DNA from: Tubulanus polymorphus
Taxonomy: Eukaryota > Animalia > Nemertea
Length of the DNA stretch: 64,000 bases
Direction of reading: 5' to 3'
NCBI RefSeq assembly: GCF_964204645.1
Contig: NC_134027.1
Coordinates: 24,142,560 to 24,206,559, forward strand
Made by a program: the position numbers and the translations under genes. Position 1 is the first letter of the stretch. Each line of letters opens with the position of its first letter. This document shows, one piece after another, positions 1 through 11,880 of the stretch. A model generated the notes under the pieces. The model ran no database searches, had not been told where the DNA came from, and saw only the letters and a program-made list of their open reading frames with translations.

Positions 1-581
1 TTTTAGTTGTGTATATAGAAATAGCTTGAAATAAAAAGAGAAAATCCGATAAATAATCCATAAGGTAATAACGCATGAAATCAAAGTCAAGTAATCATTC
101 AATATTGGATTTGTCTAAAATAAATTAGGGCCGTCTGGACTTGAAAATATGATTATGTTAATGGTTAAAAAAAGAAATGCATTCAGAGGCCAGTTCCTGA
201 GCTACAGTTTGCAGATAAATTTGATGCCAATGCAGAGTTTTTATAAATGAGATTGTTGCAAAATCTTGAGTCGAATTTCATTAACAGCTCGGACCTGTTT
301 TCAGGATGTTAATTTTTGACTCGGTAAGATTTGAATTACTGTTACGACAATCGAAAGTGAACTGATACTGATTCTGATTCTCGAAATTCTATTCCTTAGT
401 TTTAGAACTCTGAATTTAGACTCTGTTGAATCAAATTTATCTCATAAAATTGCCGAACTACAATTAGATCTTGAATTCTTTCAAACATTTTGACTTCATC
501 CAACGGTTATTTTAAAACAGATTGATGGTTATTTTTCATAAATTATTCATGTCGTTTTCTCTTTTTTTCCGTGTTTTTCAG

Positions 582-590
582 ACCCGAAAG
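582..590 (+). CDS. FLN: Filamin 9-nt microexon (xPK), phase 1-1
   Basis: Long pyrimidine tract then tttttcAG|acccgaaag|GTaaat; in frame with the downstream chain. Confidence 0.62.
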
Positions 591-2631
591 GTAAATCGGC
601 AGTTTTTCTATTTTCACGATATCGCATGCGCTGAAACAAGTACAATGAAAAAAACATATATAAGATTAATTATTTGCAAATGTCGAAAAGAATATCATCC
701 ATTATACGAAAAATCCCGATCATAGCTCGAAAAACCTCCGCGACTTATTGAGAGCGTGGGCCTTAGATAAGATCCTACGTACGTAGCGATATTTGGCCTT
801 CGGTAGACCGGTCCCTAGCACTTAGTTGAGAGAGAGCATTACTGTTTTATTTTCATCGAAATGAAAAAATGTATTGTTTAGCACTTGTTCCGGCGCATTA
901 GCACCAGGGCAAACTGTTGTTTACTATACTTAATAATTATGTAACCAGTCTGTGACCTAATTGTCGTGACTTGCAACGGGAAAATATATGTAAATACGAG
1001 CAGATAAACAACATTTATAGATGAAATAAGCTGATAACGTCAAGGGTTGTTTCATATATACGTGTTTTTTGTGTATGTCTGGAGTTTAAAAAGTCAATCG
1101 CCTTCCATATATGGTGTCAGTATGCCGGTTATGTATAGACGCCTATGTATTAAATGTTTAAGAGAACAAAATATGGACTGGTTGACCCCCCATATATACA
1201 GGGTATGATATGGGTCCATCGTCTAAATACTGTTCTGTTTTTTTACAATTTTTTGAAATGTTTGAACGTCATTTATGAAAAATTTGTTAATTGTATCATT
1301 TTCGACCGAGAAATTTCTCCATTCACCTGCGGCAGATTTGCCCGGGAGTTTTTGTGGGAAAAATTAGGGAAAACTGAAGGGCATTTGTAAATGGGTGGAA
1401 AGTGGCCACCCTGTTGAATACCAAAATATTGATTATGACTGGTTTATTTTCATTACTGTGGAAGACTGGACTACATTTATGCGAATATAAGCCTCTGATA
1501 TCATGGAGGGCAGACAAACACTTGCTGTACTATGTTGACATATTGAAATCCTCTTTGAACCAGTGGCATAGTGGAGACTTTTAAGAGGCCATCATAGTTC
1601 AATCGCTAATCTAAGAACTTAAGTCTTTGGACTTGAGACCACTTTCAGACTTAAAGTCTCGACGGCCCAACTGGGCCCTAGTGGCTCTCAGGTGGATTAG
1701 ATACTGAAAGTGAGTTAATTACAACTCTTCGAGCCAAACTACACCGAGCACTGCAGACTGATAGCAATGACGATATTCATTTTGTAGTCATATTAAATCA
1801 TGGTTACAAAAAATTCATTATAGATATGGGAAATTGATGATAGGGACCACTTTTTCCCATGTATGATTTGTACATGCGTAAGGCGTGGCCCTTAATATTC
1901 TAGCTAATATTGCGTATGCCATATTGCATCTTCTACGATACCAGTGAACGTCATCAAATTATTCAAGTATACTTCACTGACGTCCTAGTTCGAGATTGAG
2001 AGCACTTTATATCTCTACTCCGTAAATATAGAAACGCCAATGTCTCTCTGCATCGCGCGTATTACTAAACAGACAACCACCCTCAGCTTGTCCCGTTGAG
2101 TTTCATGAGTCATTCACCTAGCTTCAAGCGAATATGTTTTCCAACGCAATCTATCTGAACTTGTGAGCAAATACCCAGAGTTCATCGTCAGTCAAATTGC
2201 TTAAAACCTCACAGAGAGATAGCTTTAACTCGTCATAAAAAAACTGATAAGGCTTAAACTAATGACCATTCAAAAATGTCAGCGGTTGTCGAAGAAAGGT
2301 CAATTGATTTTAGAAATTAATTAGGTCTATAAATCAACTGTCGACATTGACCGATAGATTTCACCTTTAGCCGCTATTGTACCAGTCAGCCCCAGCGCTC
2401 TATCTCATATCTATAGGTTCGATCGTGTTTTCTCTTTATTTGCTCATAAATTACTCCCATGGTTCGAAATAAGTCCAGAGGTTATTAATCGAGCATTCTC
2501 GGCTTGCACCGTGCGCAGCCAGAAAGTCGTAATTTTCGGAACAATTAACGACGTAATTGATTTAACGAGCTAGCGTATAACGAACTATTCATGATTCTAA
2601 TGAACTTTCACTTTTTTCTTTTAATCGTCAG

Positions 2632-2640
2632 TTCCTGGAG
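2632..2640 (+). CDS. FLN: Filamin 9-nt microexon (VPG), phase 1-1
   Basis: ctaat branch-like motif, T-tract, cgtcAG|ttcctggag|GTataa; GCATG motifs just downstream. Confidence 0.58.
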
Positions 2641-3139
2641 GTATAAAAAAACGAATTATTTTCGCATGCAGATGTATTGCATGCAGTTCATTGATGCATC
2701 AAAATTTTTTCTCGTTTATCTCAATATTCATGTGTGTGTGTGTGATGTTTCTGTTTAGTTTTTATCGACATTTGTTAACCGTAGATGGCAGCACCTGCTA
2801 GACATGAGAAACCTATAGACGTTCGCGTCGCCTGAAGTTCAGATTTCTAGCATGAAAGTGGACGGACCTTACGGCTTGCTTTCTGAACGCGATCGTCTTT
2901 GCATTTTAAGCTCGAGTTTGATTGTATCTTCATTTCATGAGAAATGCTTGATTGCCCTTGTCGAAAAGGAAATTTAAAGAAATATACTAGGTTGTTCCTA
3001 GTAAAAAATTTGAACGATTTCAATGGTAGATTTTGAGCCAACTGCTAGTAAAAAAATTCTAAAAATTTTTTTCCTAAGGAATTCTCATTTCATATATCAT
3101 ATATACATATTTATATATGTCGTGATTGATTGATAGAAT

Positions 3140-3142
<3 letters not shown>

Positions 3143-3211
<69 letters not shown>
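3143..3211. repeat. (TA)n microsatellite
   Basis: About 34 AT dinucleotides with one interruption. Confidence 0.95.
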
Positions 3212-3212
<1 letters not shown>

Positions 3213-4629
3213 TCATCATTCACCAGGAAAAACAAATGACACTCGTGAAATAAATTCGTCCAATATTGATAATGAGTAACAACACTCGAGATTTATCAGT
3301 GATATCTTAAGATTTATTAGTTTAGTTCGATTTTTGACTCAGAGAGCGCACACACAATGCGTCATCAGAACTAGACGACTGAATAGCTAGAATCTTGATT
3401 GTCTTCGAATAAGTATTTCCTAACGTTGTTTTGACTGCATTCTTGCGTAAAAAATTGTCAATGAGTGCAGCCATATTCTTTTTAAAAACAAAAGTATTTC
3501 CTGAAGTTAATTCGACTAGATAAGTGGGCAAAGAATATTATAGAAAATCTGTCATCGAGGCGATGAATGCGACATGATATTTTAGCATATCAGTATTCTA
3601 GATGTAAAGGCCAATGTGATTGGTTCCTTTCCAAGGAATTTCGATGTACCGACCAATCATAATTAAGAAGACATAAATGATGACTTAAATTTTTGAAATT
3701 TTTAAAGAACGATACCTTCATTAGAAAGCCCCGGATTTTCCTGTAGGATTTACTTTCTAGTACCAATCTAAGTTTTTTTTTATTAGACTGACTTCTCAGT
3801 GGTGCCACCTATTGATAACCCCGATTGATTGAAACGTCTCAAATTTTGCGAGACAACGTTTCATCGCATCGAAAACACCCACTTTAGGTTACTGGTGATC
3901 TGGGTAAAATAGGTTTTCATCAACAATCACAACCGTCACCTATAGTGGCTGAAAAATGGATATGAATTGACTGGAAAAAATAATAATGACCTTTTCTATC
4001 ATCTCTTATTCTAATGGCATGAAACGCTTGTGTACATGATTCATAGCTAAAATTGTTTTCGAGCTATTTACACATCTATCAGTTATTTCAGATATGCATG
4101 CGATACATATTATTTATATAGGAAATGATGATACATATTTTGAAGAGATGAATGCGTTAACCCTGTCTCGTGTTTTCGTCTAACGATGCTATTTCTTTTG
4201 AAATTTTCTCTTTCTCAGCATTTTGAAGAACCGTGTTTACGTCTTGTTTTAAAGTACGAGTAACCTTGCGTCGTGAAATAATATTTTTCTAAGGGTTGAA
4301 TAGATTTTGTGGCAAGGACCGCACGCGTGTATATGATTGTGATACGTGATAAATTGGGTTGAGAATTACGAGAATTTCTTATCGAAATTTTCGTTTCTAA
4401 GTCAGTAAACGATGTATTATGGTGTGGTTCCGTTTCGTAAGAACTGAACCTCGTCTTAAGATAACAATTACATTGAAGAAAATGTAGAATTTAGATGTAT
4501 ATCTATATCCCTCTATTTCTATTTTAAGCACATATAGTTTCTATCCCAGAGCTGCCAACTCTGATTCCTGGTATTCAGTATTTTTTTGCTATTTCATTCT
4601 AGTTTGGCGCGTACGGAAATGTCAAAGAA

Positions 4630-4850
4630 GTTGCTGAGGGTCTTACTGTTGATTACGGATTAATTTGAACAGAAATATGAAAGTTGTTATTAAGGGTTTT
4701 ACCCCTTGATTACTGAATAATTTGATCAGAAATGTGAAAGATGTTACTGAGGGTCTTACTACCTTGATTACTGATTTATTTGGACAGAAATGTGATGGAT
4801 GCGACTGAGGGTCGTACCTCCCCTGATCACTGATTAATTTAAACATTCCT
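4630..4850. repeat. Diverged ~60-bp tandem repeat, about 4 copies
   Basis: Recurring tgagggtcttact...ttgattactga...aattt...cagaaatgtga. Confidence 0.75.
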
Positions 4851-5184
4851 TTCATATTTCGATGAAGTGTACCTGATAATTTTCAACTTGTTACTGATGG
4901 CACTATTCAGGAGTTGGCAGCCCTGCTATACAGTCTAGAAGGCTCGAGTTTGTAGAAGATATGTTCGTTTAAGTGAAAATGAATTTCAAGAAGTTTTTGA
5001 TCTGGCCAAGGGCGATGGAGATCTTAGTTTTGAGAATTTGGGAATGAAAAAGATTTGGGTTTTTTAAAGCTATTCTCGCTTAAACAATGATTCTTTTCTG
5101 AAACTCGGGTCTTGCTTGAAAATTCAAAAGTCTAAAAGAATCTTATTTTTCTTTTTTTGTCTTCCACATTTGCACGTACGATAG

Positions 5185-5199
5185 GTTTTCAGATGCCTG
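5185..5199 (+). CDS. FLN: Filamin 15-nt microexon (GFQMP), phase 1-1
   Basis: T-tract 5141-5170 then gatAG|gttttcagatgcctg|GTgggt; in frame. Confidence 0.58.
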
Positions 5200-6014
5200 G
5201 TGGGTATTCCGTCCGTCCGATTATAGACCATAGATTGAAAACCCGCTTTTTTATTACGAATAGATTTTTATCGATTCCCGTAAAAACCCAACTCAGTCTT
5301 AGGGTCGTCGTGATAGATTAATCGATCGAAAATTGTAGCTTGGGTCCAGTTAACAAAAGAGAAATCCAGTGGCTAGGAGCCTGGTCTTTATGGACTGATC
5401 CTAACTTGAAGCCTATAGAGTTCATTCAACTAATGTATTAGACAATTAAGTTAATCACCGTGTTAACTGATCTGGTACCAGAGCCACAGTTTTGACTGAA
5501 ATGGTCTCGAAGACAAGTTTGTTAGATTGATTATAGTAGGCTTAGACCAGTCTTACAGGGACGGATCAGGAGGCCTATATTTGAAGGACTTGTCACATCC
5601 CATTAGGGCAGTTTGATGTCCGAAAAGGCAACATTTTATGTACTCCCGCAGGGGGGCCAGGTTTGAAGAACATTTCATATCCCAAAAGGACATTTCTATG
5701 TCCAAAAGGCAATATTAAGCATATTCCCGCACTGAAATGCACCAAGTATCTCTGTAGACAAAATAAAAAAGGTCACTCAAAAAATTTTGTTGGAACTGTG
5801 TAAGTCTCGCAAGTTCCTCACTGGTCTTCATCCGCGCAAGTGTCCTGACGATTTTGAATTGGCATAATTTTTCCAGAAATTTGCGGTAACTATCGTAAAG
5901 CCTGTGTATATGTTTTAATTATCAAATATCGCGAGTAATCAAGCTTTCCGTTATTAACTGGACCCAACGTTTACTCAAATAGATTAAGATTCGTTTTCTA
6001 CCCGTCTAGCAATC

Positions 6015-6131
6015 TGGGCCCGGGTTCCACGGTTGTGAGTAAAGAGTTAACTCACGAGTTAAAATCAGTTCATTTTCAACTTGATTAAACTCTGGAGTCA
6101 AATTTAACTCACAACCGCGGAACTGGATCCA
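6015..6131. mobile_element. Short palindromic MITE-like element (family A)
   Basis: gggcccgggttccacggttgtgagt...actcacaaccgcggaactggatcc; relatives near 187-300, 10895-10995, 57181-57290, 62395-62530. Confidence 0.75.
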
Positions 6132-6319
6132 CTGTGTATTCCTCTAGTACAATTAGATCGTGTTTTGTGGATTCCACCATTCTGTTTTCTTTTCCGTAGA
6201 TGTAACAAAAACTGATTCAATGTTTTTTCTATTTTCTCTTTCTTTCTCTCTATTTTTCCACTCATTCCCAAATATTCTTCGTGCTCCCCTCGCACACGTG
6301 CACAACTCCTACTCAACAG

Positions 6320-6328
6320 CGAGGAAAG
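6320..6328 (+). CDS. FLN: Filamin 9-nt microexon (ARK), phase 1-1
   Basis: ~115-nt AG-free pyrimidine-rich zone then caacAG|cgaggaaag|GTaaat; in frame. Confidence 0.62.
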
Positions 6329-6960
6329 GTAAATATTTCAAGTTTCCGGCACTTTTTAGTTCGTTATCTCATTTCCGAAAGTCTTAATTCAGTTTTCTTG
6401 AATCCGTTTTTCGTCGTTTCCGATTCACTTTTTCGTCCGAATTTTCGAATAGTTTGTGACTCGTTCTCTTCTAAACGCTGCAATTTTTTTCCTCTCGAAT
6501 CTTTCTTAACTTTTTCCGAAATTCAAAATGGATGTAAAAATAATTGATTAATCAAAAATTTTTATCGTTTGATTTTTCGAAAAGATTTCCGCTACGCAAA
6601 ATTCTACAATTTGAATTTTAATTAATTGAAGAAATATCGGGATCAAAATTGAAAAAAAATTTTTTCTTAAATTTACAAATCATGACCGCTTGAATATAAC
6701 TTGGATATCATTCCTCCCAGCAATTCTTTGTGATTACAGTTTATATGTCTGGAAGTTGGATTTCTTTATTGTAATTTTTTTCTAATTCGAATTAACAATT
6801 TTTTTTCACGAAAATAAAAAGACTTTGGTTAATTATGCAGTCATTTCAATAGGGTAGAAAATTATTGGAAAAAAAAGTTAAAAAAAAAAATTCATACAAA
6901 AATTTTAAGTGTATAAGGGTTTTTACTGATGGTTTTTCTTCGAAAAATTTTCGTTTCTAG

Positions 6961-7014
6961 TTCCGAATCTCGAACAGATGCCGATTAAGGCTGAAAGCGT
7001 CCCCGCCGCAGAAA
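6961..7014 (+). CDS. FLN: Filamin 54-nt exon (VPNLEQMPIKAESVPAAE), phase 1-1
   Basis: tttctAG|ttccg...gcagaaa|GTAAGT; open frame. Confidence 0.8.
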
Positions 7015-7406
7015 GTAAGTGACCACCGCAATAACGCGCTGAGCTCGGCACGACAGAATACCTCATCGAACTAATCAATGCGATCTAATCTATCCGTTGA
7101 TTTTATTAATTACTCGATTATTAATTAAGCATGCGTTAGAATTGATTACAGGTATTTTCTTTTTTTTTCGTTCGATAGGTCACGTAATTAATTTTCAGGC
7201 GCTGATGAAAGCATGTCGTTTCGCTCACTTAAATTAAAAAAGAAATTTTAGACAGCAAAAATATGATGAATGAGTTTAAACCCATGATTAGAAACATCAA
7301 ATTAGACGAGAAGATACACAATATCCGTGTATGATGATGACGAGAGAAATCCCACAATAACGAAGCCAAGATTGAAAAATTCTATATCAAAATGATTATA
7401 TTTGAG

Positions 7407-7450
7407 GAGCGATGTTTCGGCTAACAACGGTTAGCCATCATCAGGCGTAC
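7407..7450 (-). ncRNA. Minimal hammerhead ribozyme-like motif
   Basis: Reverse strand: cgc CTGATGA t ggctaac cgtt gttagcc GAAAC ATC gc; perfect 7-bp stem II. Confidence 0.6.
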
Positions 7451-7466
7451 TGAAGGCGTACTCAGA

Positions 7467-7508
7467 ACGCCTGATGATGTCTAACAGTTGTTAGCCGAAA
7501 CGTCGCTC
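7467..7508 (+). ncRNA. Minimal hammerhead ribozyme-like motif
   Basis: cgc CTGATGA t gtctaac agtt gttagcc GAAAC GTC gc; one mismatch in stem II, short stem I. Confidence 0.6.
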
Positions 7509-7627
7509 CTCAAATATAATCATTCCGATATAGAATTTTTCAATCTTGTCTTCGTTATCGTGGAATTTCTCTCAGAAACATCAGATGATTATTGAATCTG
7601 AATATCTGAATTTTCGGTTTTCAACTT

Positions 7628-7887
7628 AAGCTGTGATCACACTCAAGGAGCAATTTGGATTGGATCAGACCCAAGTCAAATTTGGCTGTTTACATGTAAA
7701 CCACTCACTCGATACTTAACAAAGTGAAGTGAGTCGCTTTCGAAACCATTTGCAATTTAAACGCCATCATTTGACCCATGGTAAAATTTGGCTCCGGCTT
7801 AGTCTTGCCAAATTTGGTTCACGCCTGTTTGGCCCATTTTACATTCACGTGAAAAATACAAAAAATACTCATATGTGATCGCAGCTT
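7628..7887. mobile_element. MITE (family F) with TIR aagctgtgatcaca/tgtgatcgcagctt
   Basis: Terminal inverted repeats; related internal sequence near 14740-14990, 21290-21560, 31420-31710, 61177-61340. Confidence 0.7.
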
Positions 7888-9003
7888 ATAACAATATTAA
7901 GGAAGTTGAATGAATTTTGACCTGGGAATAAAAAATTCAGTGTTTTCGAAAAAAATTTGGGGTTTTTCATTATTGTGGGTTTGATGCTCTAGTCTTTCGA
8001 CACATTGCAAAATTTCCACCTCTATACAATGAATTTAATAGTTCGTTCGTAGAATGCTAATAAACGCATGCAAGTCACTAAAAAAACAATGAAAATTGAA
8101 TCAACTAATGATATGTGACACCTAGATGTACATAACAATGGCTTATATTTAGTCAAACAAAACTCAAGAAATGTTAGAACCTACAGTTTTAAATTAACAC
8201 AGACTCATAATTTTGAGATGAACGAAATTAAGATTAACAACATTCGAACATTAACAGCCACTAAAAATTACGTTTCAACGAAAATAAATGACTACGTACT
8301 TATCACTCACTCGGAAAAATTACACGTGATAGTTGCATGAATGATAAAGATTAGATTCCTAATAGATGTACGTTAGGGTTGGTAAAGTGCGATGCTTAGT
8401 TTGCTGTAGATGTCGAATAGAAAACTTGTGAAATAAGTGCATTTTCAGACTTTTTCAGAATTACTCGGAATACAGAGCCGCCACCCAGAATATCGCTAAA
8501 AACATCATTTTCTCCATTTATTTTTCTATTATAATTGAAAAAAAATTAGTTTGCCTCATTTCTCCCATCATTTGAATTCAATTTAACACAATTTCCACCG
8601 TATTGAAAACATTTTTGGCAGTCCTTTCAAGATTTTATGTGGAAAATACTCCAATAAAAATTAAATTCCTATTTGAATTTTTCCCATCCATTTTAGAACG
8701 TGCTTAATAGAAAAATACATGTATTGTAAGGAAAGATTTTAAGAAAATTTTATTTTCCATTTTTTCCCTTCGCCCTACAATTTTTACCTAAAATATCTGT
8801 ATTCCAAGTAATAAGGACTTATTGTTGGTAACTGACTTAATCAGTAGTGCTATATGGGAGGGTTTAGGACAGCTACTGAAATAAGCTATCAGTAAACTGT
8901 TATTTGAATAAGAGACTTGTTGAGAACTGTTTTCTGAAATCTGGGGAATTTTCGTAGAAATCAACGTGCGAATATAAAATTGTGATTAACTTTTCATTTT
9001 TAG

Positions 9004-9042
9004 AGGCACCGAGGGCTGCTGCAGCTCCCCCGCCGGTCGATA
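9004..9042 (+). CDS. FLN: Filamin 39-nt exon (KAPRAAAAPPPVD), phase 1-1
   Basis: ttttcattttTAG|aggcacc...gtcgata|GTAAGT; joins 11057 as T-CNPSKC. Confidence 0.8.
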
Positions 9043-10275
9043 GTAAGTGTGGACGGTCACGCCCCCCACCCCCCCCTGAATACCCCCACCTAACACACAA
9101 CCGAAACAAAACATATTGACAGCATTCATCGCATGCAATTCGGATACACACCTGAAATAAATACTAGAAAAAACAGCTACAAAAACCGAACCGCAAAATT
9201 TGATCGCCGCTCTCTAAAAAACAAATCGCATGAAGTTTCTTTCGAAAATAGAGTATTTCGATGGGAAATTATGATTTCATTGTTGAAACTAATCGAATAA
9301 TTTTGATGTGATTAAAAGTAAGCATTGTAGAAAATTAGAACTCACAATCCAACCTCAAAAGTGAAAGTGCCTTCATTATCACATAAAAACGAATTAATGA
9401 CAATTTGTAATATTCTATGTACCAGTAATAAGTTGTATTTTCTGAAAAATATGGTAATATCTGACAAAAAATTTTTCTGTGGCCACAAACCCAGTTCTTG
9501 TTAAAATTTGTGTTGTAGTCAAATTTTTGAGAATTTAATTTTATTCATTCTTACTCGAAATTGTGGAACTGGGTCCAGTTTTGTAGATCGGATTCAAGTT
9601 CAAATTCTACTTTTATAAGTCCAATCAGATTTAAATTCGAAGCTGGACCGGGCCTGATTATAACTGGTTCGAAATGAACTTGCTATTTTCTATGCACGCT
9701 GAGAAAAGTATCTCGTTTCGACTATGAATAAATTCCAATATTTCTGTCTCTGATCAAAACCACTAAACAAAATCGACACCTCAAAACTGATAGCATTCAC
9801 TGTTGAATCGGCTTTGAAATATTTCTCGGCTTTCAGAATTTTCAGGATAACATTTTTACAGCCATCCGAGGGAATGACGCTTGTAGAACTTACTCAACAA
9901 AATATATATGATGGCTCTGTATAGCATGGATTAATATTTCTAGTTTCAGGAATTAATTTGTTTTTTAACCGTATCTGCAGTTATGGAGTTTAGTGCGTGT
10001 TGAAGTAGGCTTGGGAGAAATGGTTTGAGTATTGGTTGGACTGTGAGGAATGTTAGGGTTGTTGGTCATGTCCCCAGTTAAGGGTATTGGTTTGTGTAGA
10101 AATTTTTTAAGGTATATTGGTAAGGCTTGTGGGGAAGACGGGATATGCTCTCACTAGGCTCTGTGGTTGTGTTTAGGGATAACGAGTCAATTCAGGCCGA
10201 AGGTACTATTCTAAAAACTTTGCCTTTTGATATTCATTGATATATTCAGTATTCCTGAAGATGACTATTAGGATA

Positions 10276-10443
10276 CAGGGGTGGATCTAGAAAATTTGGG
10301 AGATATTTTTGAAGAAATATATCCTTAAAGATGGATATTCTGAGAATATGAATGTGAAATTTGCAGGTTAACTTATCTTGACGAAAAGGGCTATCTCAGT
10401 TGGAAGGCACGGGTCTGGACCCCCATCCCAAATCCGCCCCTTG
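10276..10443. mobile_element. MITE (family E) with TIR caggggtggat/atccgccccttg
   Basis: Inverted ends, gata on both sides; relatives near 5556-5780, 18130-18375, 26100-26165. Confidence 0.65.
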
Positions 10444-11056
10444 GATAAAGTAGTCTTGAAATCGATTCTTCATGCAAATTGACTCCTATAACTGCAGACA
10501 CTCAGTATGTTTTTAGTTAAAATGGCGCTTGTCAACTCAGATTGGTTTAGAAAAAAAGTTGTATCAATGCTTTAGTTTCTGTGTCACTGTTTTCGTGATG
10601 TCTGACAACTAACGCTTCATTTTGGTTGATTATAACCTGTGTCAAGATTGTTGCGACGAAATTTATCGCATCAACGTTTTCTATGTTGAACGTAGGATTT
10701 TGGTTGAAAAGTCGCGATGAAATTCCGCTCAAAGTTACGCATTTTAGTTTCCATGTTTTAACATGCTATATGTTTCAATGTACGTTGAAAGAAATTCTCA
10801 AATCCTAAAGAAGCTGTAATTCATCTTTAAAAAGTGTTTTATCAATTTATCGAGTTTTTATATGATGATCTATTTTAGCCACCGTTGAAAATCTTGGTCC
10901 AGTTTCAGTGTCATGAGTTAAGAGTTTACTCTTAAGTCAAAGATCATTTTCGATGAGTTAACTCTGGATCAAATCTAACTCAAAACTGTAGAACCACGAG
11001 GACCTAATTATTATTAGAATAACGACTGATTTCGAAATCTATTTTCCGCATTACAG

Positions 11057-11331
11057 CTTGCAACCCGAGTAAATGCTACGCGACCGGTCGTGGTATCCAG
11101 CCGAAAGGTATCCGCGTGCGCGACGTCGCCGACTTCAAGGTGCACACAGAGGGCGCCGGTAATGCCGAGGTCAAGGTCATCGTACTGGGACCGGGAGGCT
11201 CGCACGAGAAGGTGAAGGTGAAGAAGGTCGATGTCTGCACGTACGAATGCGAATACATCCCGCTGAAACCTGGAAAGTACGTCGTTACGGTGCAGTTCGG
11301 TGGACAGGATATTCCTAAATCACCATTCAAG
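11057..11331 (+). CDS. FLN: Filamin exon, Ig3-equivalent
   Basis: ttacAG|cttgc...aag|GTacag; CNPSKCYATGRGIQPKGIRVRDVADFKV...DIPKSPFK. Confidence 0.95.
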
Positions 11332-11880
11332 GTACAGTATCCTCAGAGGTTTGGGTTGGTTCTACAGGACTGGGTATTTAGGTGGGTTCACCATTCAAGG
11401 TACAGTATCCTTAAGAGGTTTGGGTTGGTTCTACAGGACTGGGTATTTAGGTGGGTTCACCATTCAAGGTACAGTATCCTCAGAGGTTTGGGTTGGTTCG
11501 ACAGGACTGGGTATTTAGGTGGGTTTACCATTCAAGGTACAGTATCCTTAAGAGGTTTGGGTTGGTTCTACAGGACTGGGTATTTAGGTGGGTTCACCAT
11601 TCAAGGTACAGTATCCTTAAGAGGTTTGGGTTGGTATTACAGGACTGGGTATTTAAGTGGGTTCACCATTCAAGGTACAGTATCCTCAGAGGTTCGGATT
11701 GGTTCTGCAGGACTGGGTATTTAAGTGGGTTCACCATTCAAGGTACAGTATCCTCAGAGGTTTGGGTTGGTTCTACAGGACTGGGTATTTAGGTGGGTTC
11801 TCCATTCAAGGTACAGCATCCTCAGGGGTTTGGGTTGGTTCTATATAGGACTTGGCATTTAGCTGGACTCACCATTCAAG
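11321..11880 (+). repeat. 68-69 bp tandem repeat (~8 copies) containing the exon end and splice donor
   Basis: caccattcaaggtacagtatcctcagaggtttgggttggttctacaggactgggtatttaggtgggtt repeated. Confidence 0.95.

Larger units (their letters stand above)
7300..7573. mobile_element. Palindromic Penelope-like retroelement relic with two inverted hammerhead motifs
   Basis: ~110-bp inverted arms (7342-7573); direct repeat agaaacatca at 7290-7299 and 7574-7583 (putative TSD); CTGATGA-hairpin-GAAAC on both strands. Confidence 0.7.

Noticed and set aside
11332-11848. Overlapping ORFs extending through the 68-bp repeat
   Set aside because: Artefact of an intronic tandem repeat; filamin similarity stops at the donor after 11331.
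11321-11880. CRISPR-like appearance of regular repeats here and at 42454-43210
   Set aside because: No unique spacers, eukaryotic context, no cas genes.
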